Shown here piece after piece: positions 53,622 to 64,000 of a DNA stretch of 64,000 nucleotides (the stretch's first letter is position 1; the number at the start of each line of letters is the position of its first letter). This stretch comes from Cycas panzhihuaensis. Taxonomy: Eukaryota > Plantae > Cycadophyta. The DNA is taken from contig CM041465.1 in assembly GCA_023213395.1 (NCBI GenBank), positions 225,563,741 to 225,627,740 of the forward strand, given 5' to 3'. A model generated the notes under the pieces. That model worked only from the letters and a program-made list of their open reading frames with translations. It made no database searches and was not told where the DNA came from. Position numbers and translations under genes: made by a program.

Positions 53622-56600
53622 TTCTGTACCACCCACTAATATTTAGATGCATACCATAGAACATGGCTATGTCTTCCTCCTCACTTATACCTAAACTTAT
53701 TATATTTATACTTATGAAATGACTCCTTGTAATGACCTTTCAACTACTTGATTCAACTAATCATTTGTTGGTATTTTATAACATGACACACACATCCAAT
53801 ATTTTAATAAAATATGCCCCAATAGAGATGTTTTTCTATCATCATTAACTTGGCCTTCTCAACTAATGTCTTGTTTATCCTCCTAACAACTCTATTATAT
53901 TAAGGTATGTATGTTGTTGTTAGTTACTTTTTAATCCTATGATTCTATGGTCCTTACAAAACTATACAAAGGTTTTGGAGATATACTCTTTTCCATTATT
54001 TAATATGAGGATTTTCAACCTTTGACCACTTTCATTCTCTACTTTCACCTTTAATTTTTTGAAAATGCTAAAGATCTAAGGTTTCTCCTTTATGGGATAG
54101 ATCTAACTTTCTTTAAAAAGTCATTGATGAAGGTTAAAAAGTATTTTGCACCTTTAAGTGAAGTGGTTGACATTGGAAGGAGACAACAAGGCGGCTAGGG
54201 TTTTGTTTTCAAGACTTGGGTGAGATGTGGATGAAGAATAGGGGGCGGCATGCCCCCAGAACCTCAAAGCTATGTACCTTGGAGGTTGTCACTCCAGTTA
54301 GGACCACATGCAAGGTTCTTGAGAGCCAGGGAGGACGACTTTCTCTTCAGTCATCAGATCTCCTTTGAAGTGTGCTCTGAAGCATAAAGAGCAAAGACGT
54401 GGGCTGTGTCGAGTTGGATGGTATTCACCCATTATGTAAGCAGTTTGTGAAGTTTGTATTAAGGCAGAGTCTATATCAGTTTGAGACCATGCTGAGGAGA
54501 AATAGGATAAGGCGTTGGAAGGAATGGATCTGGGCACTAATCTTGGAAGGCGAACCTCCTAGGAGATGTGATATTATAAGAGGAAGAATAGACCTAAGCC
54601 TCCTGCACAGAGTTGACAAGAACAGAAATGCTTTGTTTGGAGATGGAGGACGCCCAAAGAAGGAGAAGATCGGTAGCCTCCTGAACCAGGTAAAGATTAA
54701 CAAAATAGAGAGGAAGCCAAAGGCTGTGATGGCTATCATGCATAGGGCCATGGTATGTCTCTGTTGCCCTTGCTTGGGGCTTTTTTCTCTGTAGGACCAT
54801 ACAACTCAAAACTAGAACCAGAACCCCAACCTCTCACTAGGGAGATCCTACTGTGATGTTCCGAAAATAAATGAGGAGGAAACTTTTGACTTAACACCTG
54901 AGATACAGGATACCGGGGTCAGACTAAAAATTCCTCAGGCTCTAGTGGAGAAAACTGAGAAACATTGGGAGAACTGCCTTTGAAATGGCCTGGAAGAAAG
55001 TTTATACTTTGAAATGGGCTGGAGGTCTCAATCTCAAATGGATTTCATCTTTCAATGTTGCTCTCTGGGCCAAGATGGGCTGGTGATTAATTAAAGGAGA
55101 AGAGAGACTGTGGGAGAAGATTCTATCATGGAAATATATTCAAGGTGGCTCTCTCATAGAAAACACTGCCTCACCAATTGGTTCAATCATCTGGAGGAGT
55201 ATTTTAAAAGCCTGGAAAGCTATCAGAGAAGGCCTGAAATGGAGATTAGGAGATGGCAGCTCCATTAGGTTCTGGGAGGATGCGTGGTGCTATGATAAGG
55301 CTCTAAAGAAATACCATGACCTGGCACCTATCTAGGGCCATTATGTTAGGCATTATGGTTACACGTAAAAGGCTACTGGATCAGGAGTGGAAGAAATAGA
55401 AATTGGAGAAATTTTAAGGAAATCTAGGACAAGCGTAATATGCAGGAGGGACTTTACAAGATCAAAAGGATTTTAAGAAAGAGCTATATCCCTAGGAAGC
55501 CTTTGCTAGATTTGGTTGTGTGGCCCTTGAGCTCATCTAGGGTTTACACCGCTAAACAAGGGTACCACTACTTATGTTTAATGAGAGGTGACCAGAGGAA
55601 TCCAATATTAGAAGTTGTTTGGAAGCTCCCTCTTATCCCCAAGATAGTAGTTTTTTGGTGGATCTATTTGAGGAATAAAATACTCACTGTAGATAACCTC
55701 AAAAAGAGAGGGTTCCACCTACCCAATAGGTGCATACTATATTGCAAAGAAGAGGAATCTATAGATCATATCTTCCTTGGGTGTTCATTTTCAAGGGAGG
55801 TATGGAGGATGCTGTTGGAAAAACTGGAGGTGTGCTAGACCTTTTCAGAAAAGATTGCTGATCTATAGCTTGCCTGGCAAAGCCCATTCAAAAGTAAAAT
55901 CTTAAGTTGTATTTGGAATAGTGCACTTCTGATACTAGTATGGAATATATGGAAAGAGAGAAACCGAAGAATCTTCTAGGGGAATCAGATGGACCAGTTT
56001 GCCACCTTCAATAAAATCTATTTAGACATTAGGGAGAATGTCAGAAACACCAAGGAGAAGCATACAACCCTATCTGAGAATAGGATTCTACTTAAGTGGG
56101 GCATAAAACCAATATATGAAACTATAAAGGTTAGATGTAGTAGTTGGATGCCACTGGTGGGGCCCTGGATTAAAATTAATTTTGACGGTGCTTCAAAGGG
56201 GAACCCCAAAGAAGTTGGGGGAGGGGGAATTTGCAGAGATAACAATGGCACCCCCATTTGGGCCTTTGCAGACTACTATGAGCACCAAATGAACCACTAT
56301 GCAGAAACGCACGCTATGCTTAAAGCTCTTGATTTAGCACTCGAAGGAGGCATTCAACGACTGGTAATTGAGGGAGATTTAGAGGTGGTCATAAATTCAC
56401 TGAAAGGCGTGTCCCTCCCGAATTAGAGATTCCAATCCATAATCAATGATACTAAGGAGAGTATTAAGGGACTGGCAGAAGTTTGTATAAGATACACACT
56501 GAGAGAAGGCAACAAAGTTGCTGACTTTTTGGCAAATTGGGGGGTGAGGCACAAGGAAGGCACTGTGTGGAGGAGTGACTTTCCTGGGGATCTTATGGTT

Positions 56601-57280
56601 TTGGTAAAGAAGGAAATGGTCTAGAGTAGCTGGTCGAGGGGCTTGTCCTGGTAATGTATTTCTTTCGCCTAGACCGTGGGGATGTCATGGTCATCTCTGA
56701 CTTGGAAACCTAAAGCACATTGAGGTACCAGATTGTGGGATCCTATTTCAAACCCACTCATAATTCAATTTTATCTTATAAAAAAAAAAAAGTGGTTGAC
56801 ATTAGACCATAAATATCTAGGTGGACAAGGCTCATCTTTTTGGTTGCTCTATGAGTTTTACCTTTCTAGAGTTTCTCCCTATGTTATTTTTTCATGATAT
56901 AAAGTTCACAAATAATGTTTACTGATTTGAGTTTTGGTAGACCCTGTACCATGTTCAACTTGTGCATCAGATGTAGATAAGAGTAGTGTGAATGCCTTAT
57001 TCTTTCATAGTATAATTCAATTTTACAAGATACATAATCAATTAATGCTCTTTGGTTTGTAGAAATTTTCTAAGAGCCTATAATGACCACCATTCATAAT
57101 ATATTCTACTATAACTGTTCTATCATAGTCATTGAAAATAGCCTTCCCATCCTTCAAGAGAATACTCATATTATTATCCTTAATTAAGTTGATGGAAATT
57201 AAACCTTTTTAAAACTTTGGCACATCTATCACATCCTCAATATAGTAATCCTCCCGATTAGGTGCTATTGTGAGTTAATA
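53622..57280 (-). pseudogene. Old internally deleted Copia relic H (PR-INT remnant joined to RH start), interrupted by LINE F
   Basis: IEDV.DVPK (~57230), MVQGLPK (~56945), LVHLDIYG (~56810-56830), KVENESG (~54035), INKTLVEKAK (~53860); RT essentially missing. Confidence 0.7.
54178..56789 (+). mobile_element. Internally deleted L1-clade LINE F (related to E)
   Basis: TSD AAGTGGTTGACATTGGA (54161-54177) / AAGTGGTTGACATTAGA (56790-56806); poly(A); ORF1 start EKTEKHWENCL joined to post-RT ORF2 with zf-RVT and RNase H (WIKINFDGASKGNP). Confidence 0.93.
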
Positions 57281-57496
57281 TGTTAAGGTAAATAATTAAT
57301 AATTAGATATATTATTAGTTATAATTATTAAGTGAAAGTATATGACTTTTGGATTAAAGCCTTTAGGCTACTATATATTTGCATCGATGTATTATTTTAT
57401 TCATTAGTTATTTATCAATTTATCGATTGGAATTATTCAACATCTTGGCTCTAGTGTGATTTGTTGTTTGCATCCTTTAACAATTGATATTAGAGT
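57281..57496 (+). mobile_element. Short LTR (~200 bp) with decayed tRNA-iMet PBS; 5' end of element J
   Basis: TGTTAA...TTAACA inverted termini at 57281-57482, then TGATATTAGAGT; no partner LTR in the window. Confidence 0.6.
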
Positions 57497-57929
57497 AAGG
57501 TCTTTATAATTATAAAAAAAGGGTTAAACTAAATCAACTAAAATTTTTAGGGATTATTTACAACATGTACAAGGATCCACTTATAAAATTTTAGGGGACT
57601 TAGATGTTAGAATAAGAGATTGAGAGAGAATGTGCTACAAAAAATGAACAATATAAGTTCACACATATAAAAAATGGTAAGATAATAGATTTATATTATT
57701 TTACAGCTCACACTCAATCAACTTCACAAATTCATTAGTGGAAGCAGTGAATATAAAATGAAATTCTGTAAAAGCTCACACATATAAAAATAAAAGTCAA
57801 AGGTTGGCAATAGAAGGTAAGTGTTACAATGGAGTTGGGAGTTATAATATGTAATGTTAAGTCCAAAAGAAATATCATAAATAATGATACAACAAATTAA
57901 TATTATTTCTAATATGGCCTCATAATGTT

Positions 57930-60900
57930 AAACCATTATCTCTCATAAATAAAAGTTATCTAAGCCTCTTAAATTTCTTATGACTTAAGGCCTTACTGAG
58001 AATACTAGTAATCTAATCCTCTATTAGATAATAGGCCAATTCAACTACTATGCCCTGTACCTACTCTCAAACGAAATAATGGTAAACTTTCACATGCTTT
58101 ATCCTAGAGTGGAATATTAGATTATATGAAAGTTGAATTGCACTCTAATTATCATAAAATAATTGTATATGATCATCTTGTAGAAGTCCAAAGTTACTAA
58201 GAAGTCTTCTGAGCTAAATAACCTCATAAGTGCTTGCAACTATTGCCTTGTACTCACCCTCTATGGAAGACAATGATATCATAGCCTATTTTTTGCTACA
58301 CCAAGAGATTACATTAGAACTAAATATGAAAATATATCTTGGTGTAGATTTTCTCTCATCTTGATCCCTTGCCCTATCTGAGTCAGTGAAGCTTTATTAT
58401 CTGAACTCATCAGATCTAGCAAATATGAGTCTATATAAAATAGTGCCTTTCACATATCTCACAATTCACTTTGTTACCTTTCAATGAAGATTGAATGGAG
58501 CACTTATGAAGCATGACACAATACCAATGCCATACCTAATATTAGGTTAAGTGTTAATGAGATAGATTAAATTACCTACTAATTACTTATATAATGTAGC
58601 ATCAATATACTCACCAATAAACTCCTTAGCCAATTTGAGACCAAATTCTATGGGAGTAACCATTGGCTTATAATCCTCCATGTAGAATTGTTTTAACAAA
58701 TTATGAGTATATTTGGACTACGATGTAAAATTTTTCTCACTATTCTGCTAAAATTTCAAACCAAGGTAATAATGCGAAGGGCCAAAATCTAACATCTCAA
58801 AAGCATTACACAATTACTTTTTAAGAGAGTCAATCTAAAAAGTGTCACTGCTAGTAATGATTAGATCATCAACATAAAGTGCAATAATAAGAATTTTATC
58901 ATCCAAGTGTCTCACATATAAACTATGATCAGATTCATATATAGTGAATCTAAGTGAAGTGAGATAATCATCAATGTAGGAGTACCACACCTTTGGTGCT
59001 TACTTAAGACTATAAAGAGCTTTCTTCAGTTTAGAGATAAGATGTTTTTGCTTAACCTTTACAAAGCTTTTAGGTTACTCCATATAGACCTCTTCATCAA
59101 GACATGAAGAAAATCACACTTTACATCCATTTTGTACAATGCCTATAATGGCTCAATCTTTCTTCAGAGTGCTCTCTCTCTCTCTCTTTTTTTTTTTTTT
59201 TTTTTAATTTTAGCTCGATGTTATTATAACATTCTTGAATTCACTTGCTTACATCATAGGCGTACTCACTAGACTACTTACCTGTACACTTACTCACTCT
59301 TGATGATGCATACGATAATATTGGCAAAGCCCAAGCCGCATGAGGAGTAATAAAAGCAAGAGGAGGATGGAATGTTGGCTTAAAATCCTTCTCATCAATT
59401 TTCAATAAAGCACCCACAATGTTGCTAATTACTCATCACATCATTAGCCTATCTGGTTGTAATATTTAAGGGGCAAATCCCTGAAATATAGAGAGGTCAT
59501 TTTCTTGCCCTTAACTCGTGGATAGAGGTCTTTCCTCAATTCGATCAGGTTGCGCTTCAATCTTTTCTATAGAAAATTTGAGATGCAAGATTGATAAGCA
59601 TTTGTATGGTAGTCATCTTTACCACAGGTGCAAAGGTCTCTTCGAAGTCCACACCTACTCTTTGTGCATAGCCCTTGGACACAAGTCAAGGTTTGTATTT
59701 GTCAACTGCATTATTTTATGTATACTTTATTTTATATACCTATCTATAACCAATGGCTTTTTTATCTGAAAGAAGTTCAACAAGTTCCCATGTATTATTC
59801 TTAAGGATAGAGTTATACTTATCCTTCATGGATGACTGCCATTGAGTTAAAACTTTGGCTTCATTGAAAAACTATGGATCATCAATGCTTAATATGTTAG
59901 ACACTAACATATAATTAACTTTGCTCTCACTCCTTGTCTGAACTCCTTCATCAAGGTTGATGTCCTTAATCTTTCAGTCCCTAATGGTTCGGTAATACCA
60001 TTTGGGTACTTTCTTCATAAGAGGAGAAGAGGAAGTAGAAGGCTCATTATTGTCCTTATTCTTTTCACTCTTTATATTTGTTTCATATTTCTCTTTTCCT
60101 TTATTATCTGCACTAGGCATAATAATCTCATCAGACCTATTAAACAATATATCCTGACTGATTACAATATTTCTTTATATAGGATTTGAAAGCCTATATG
60201 TTTTGGATGACTCACAGTACCCAACAAGGATATATTTTTAGTTTTTATCATCTAGTTTGTCTTTTCTATTAGGCACGTGGACATAAGTAGTATAACAAAA
60301 AACATAAATATTACAAATAGAGGATTTTATGCTAGTATAGGCTTCCTTAGGAGTCACATTCTACACTACTATAGTAGGACTCTTGTTTAATAATTAAAAA
60401 AATATTTGAGTAGCTTCACCTTAAAAGCTTGTAAAGACACTTTTTTCCTTAAGCAAGCATCAAATCATCTTTACAATTGTGAATTTTTTTCTCTCATATA
60501 TGTTATTGTATTATAGATTGTATGCAATAGTAAGCTTATATTAAATGTCATGGCTTTTGTAGAACTTAATAAAGTCATTTGACAAGTACTTACCTCCACT
60601 ATCACTCCTTAGAATCTTAATTTACTTTCTAAAACATGTCTCATCTTTAACTTTAAATTCTTTAAAGTTTTTAAAAGCATCTGATTTATTCTTAAGGAGA
60701 TATATCTAACATCTCCTAGCAATATCATCGATGAAGGTCATAAAATAATTGGCACCTCTATGTGAAATAGGTGAAATGAGCCTACACAAATAAGAGGGAA
60801 CTAATTCAAGTTTATCCTTAGCTTACCATGTGGACTTGATAAAATGTACTTGTATATTTCTTCCTTAGAGTACAAATGTCATATATTTTGCTACTATTTT

Positions 60901-62270
60901 GAATGAAGGGAAGGTCAAGTACCATTTGCAAATTGCTCACTAGCTAAAGACTGTTATAGTTTAAGTGACTACAACAATCATACCATAGAGTGTCAAAAGA
61001 ATCATATGTAATAAGAGCATGCTTAGGGGTTACAAAAAATTTATAGAGCCTGCTATTCTCTTCAAAACCTTGAGTTATAATAGCATCATTTTTCTTTATA
61101 TAACACTCAATTATATTGAAAATAACTTCCAATTGTTGTTTAGTTATGTGTCTGATAGAAAACAAGTTATGTTTACAAGACGATACATAGTAAACATTTA
61201 TGACTTTAAACACCCCATTGTTAAGTTGATTAAAAGTTATAGTACCTTGACTAAAGACCTTATGATGATTGTTGTCAGTAAGAATAATGGAAGTAAAGAG
61301 GCCTCAATTTATCTCACTAAACTAGTCTTTGTGAGGGGTCATATACATTAATACTCAAGAATCCATATACAAAAAATTAGATGCATATGCATGAAGAACC
61401 AACATATTAGTTTCATTATTTATTATTAAAATAGGTGTAGATATTAGTACAGATATAGATGTCTTCTTATCTTTCTTCCTTTTCTAATAGTTCTTTTCAA
61501 GATAACCATTCTTATTGTAGTAATTATAAGATATATTCTTTTTAGATTTATTAGTGTTTCTGTTGTGAGGATACTATGAGACATTCTTAGGAGGGTTCTT
61601 ATGGCCCTTCTCTTTGGGCAAAGTTGCTAATACCATAGCACTGTTACTACTTAGGTAACTACCTATCCTTTTCTCCTTATATAAGAGTAGTACAACAAGT
61701 TCATCAAATGACAAGGGATTTGCTCTTTTAGTTAAGCAAAGCCTAATTACAAAAATATGGTGACCTTTATGTAGGTTATTCAAGGTGATGCCAACTACTA
61801 CATTATCTATTGCAGTCTCACCTATTATAATAAATTGATATCTAATCTCCTTAAGTTTTGCACATGTGAGAAGATAGAGTTTTTAGTGGTCAATTTCTAA
61901 CAATGTAAAAGACTTCTTAGGTATAAAACCTAAGTCTCATTCTTTGCTTCAAAAAAAGCTTTTAAAGTCTTTCAAGTTTCAGATGCTAAGTCTTTTCCTT
62001 GTAAATGTATGATGAGGTTATCTGTCATTGTGAAACTAATGTTGGCTAAATCCACTTGGTTACAATCTTCCTAGTTGAGTACATCTTTATCTGTCACTAT
62101 AGTAATGGTCCCAACCCTAGTTGTTACAATTGGTTTTGGTTCAGTTCCTTCATCAATCTTCGTTAATATTTTTAAAGCCAAAATATTAGAAATATTGAAT
62201 TTCTAAATCACATAAATTTTTTCATTTCATTTGTGTGAATTAGATAATATATAGCTTGAAATATTCACTC
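57930..62270 (-). pseudogene. Copia I gag-pol
   Basis: LSFDELVVLLL (gag), VYYVSSCKHNLFS, YFMTFIDD (INT), SKGYAQRVGVDFEETFAPVVK and LYVDDLII (RT), SKALSHKKF (RH end). Confidence 0.9.
59149..59566 (-). mobile_element. ~420-bp insertion in Copia I RT with an A/(AG)n-rich tail; LINE ORF1-like fragment
   Basis: Interrupts ...LASQ / ALYKMDVK; flanked by CTATAA/CTATAG; minus strand LYFRDLPLKYY...ISNIVGALLKIDE resembles the DUF4283 C-terminus. Confidence 0.45.
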
Positions 62271-64000
62271 TTGTTATCTTTAAAGAAAGATGAAAAACTA
62301 GAAAAAATTCTAAAATAAGACTGTAGATATGAGTTTTATAAGCTAACTTAGAGGCTACAAGGTCTTGTATAATGTTTACCTTTTAACATTAATTAAAAAC
62401 AACTTTTAGAAGGCCCAAAAATGACCAAAACATAAACTGGCTTTCACTTTTATAAAGTTCAACATATTAAAAAAGGAATATTCATAAGGGATATTTTAAT
62501 TTTAATATGACTTTAGAATATTAGAAAGAATTTATAAAAGTTTAAGAAAATAATCATATTTTTTCAAACAACGATGACCCCATCCAAGGAGCAATTTAAT
62601 CTTTTTAATTAAATATTACTCCAAATGCTATAAAATTAAAATTCCACTTAGATTTTAAGAAGATAAAGACATTGCAAAAAGAAAATTTAAAAAAGATTAA
62701 GAATTAGAGGAGATATGAGTAACTAAATTTGCCAAAAAAAGGTTTTTGTAAAAATGCCTTTATAATCTGATTTCGATTTGCTCTAAAAAACTTATTTTAG
62801 CTCCAAATCTCATAAAACTTGAAACCTATATGCATAACTAATAGATAAAGATCTCCCAAAAAGACACATTTTAAGAACATAGTAGAACATAGGAGATCTA
62901 AGGTGTTAAAGTAAAAAAAATGTTTTTCCATTAAGAGAAGTACAATAATATTTGTTTATACTCAAATTTTGATAAATTTAGGTGAATAATAGCTCAAAAT
63001 AGGGGCTTTAGACCCTTCTAAGCACTCTAATGGTAACATTTTCAATGAATTTGATGGTTTGTTCCCTTAAATAAGCAAAAAAGACTTTAAAATTTTTCCC
63101 AAATTAAGAAATCCCAATGTGGGTGTGCTTAAAACTTGCAAAACAATTGTATAATAGTGTAAGACACTCACCAACAATACCCAATATCAACAAACATGAA
63201 TTTTCTTACTTTAATGAGGATAAAATGGCATAAAACAACCTCCAAAACTAATGATATCTTTGTTAGCAACAATGGACATATGTAAAGGAGAACAATAAAA
63301 CTTTTAACAATCTAGAAGTATTTCATAGGCATAGAGCAAACCTTGGCTTTGATACTATGTTAGAATGAGAGATTAAGAGTAAATGGACTATATAAAATGA
63401 ATAATACAAGCTCATAAGCATAAAGACTTACAAGATAATAGACTTATATTATTTCACAACTCACATTTAATAAATTTCATTAATGTATACGTGGTGGCAA
63501 TAAATATAAATAAGAAACTTTATGAGGTATCACACAAACTCACACATATGAGAATAAAAGTCAAAGGCTAATAATAGAAGGTGAGCATTATAATAGCTTT
63601 GAGTTACAATATGTCACATCAAGTCCAAAAAAATGTCATAAATAATGATATAATAAATTAACATTATTTTTAACATTAAATACTTATAGATGTTATACCA
63701 TCTAACACATCAACAAATCCATAATTATATTAAAAAGTCATTTGATTACATCTTAAGTTAAAATTGGCTAAAAATTAGAGGGGAGAGATGTATATCATAT
63801 ATGAATTAGATCCCAAAATTTTGTTACCATTAGAGTTAATATATAAGAGTTAAAATAGATTCACTTAGAGTAGTAGTAGGATGGTCATCAACAAATCCCT
63901 AATTCTTCTAAAAGTGGTCATTCAAATCAATTTTAAGCCATAATTAGATGAAAATTAGATAGGAGAGGCTTCTATTCCATATGAAATAGCTCCCAAAATT

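Larger units (their letters stand above)
57605..63675 (-). mobile_element. Copia LTR retrotransposon I (decayed)
   Basis: LTRs at 57605-57914 and 63358-63675; TSD TTAGA/TTAAA; PBS TAGTATCAAAGC at 63346-63357. Confidence 0.9.

Noticed and set aside
63776-63800. PPT plus LTR start (GAGGGAGAGATG) as the 3' LTR of J
   Set aside because: The following sequence does not match 57281-57482.
1-64000. Host protein-coding gene exons, tRNA or rRNA genes
   Set aside because: All recognisable coding sequence is retroelement-derived. The window could still lie within a giant intron, which cannot be seen from here.

Overview
This 64-kb window is AT-rich eukaryotic repeat DNA, most likely from a large-genome land plant (gymnosperm-like; inference). 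I find no host gene, RNA gene or CRISPR array. It is a deeply nested stack of decayed retroelements, which I resolved using LTR pairs, primer-binding sites (PBS), polypurine tracts (PPT) and target-site duplications (TSD). A + strand Copia element (A, 8907-53621) sits inside an older minus-strand Copia relic (H). A carries four insertions in its pol: Gypsy B (12914-28132, itself holding the gag-only LTR element D at 18421-23446), a full-length L1-clade LINE E (28246-34610), Gypsy C (36402-45990) and Copia G (46385-52700). To the right lie an internally deleted LINE F (54178-56789), a lone LTR+PBS (J) and Copia I (57605-63675). To the left are a decayed Gypsy L and the 5' end of Gypsy K. The most interesting signal is in the related Gypsy elements B and C. 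Each has a sense extra ORF with plant-mobile-domain-like motifs downstream of pol, preceded by a tandem array of the palindrome GTTGCAAC. The array spacing differs between them (19 bp vs 22+23 bp) while the core is kept, and the same palindrome recurs in both elements' LTRs. This is a candidate element-encoded protein/binding-site system. Coordinates were read by eye and may be off by a few bases.
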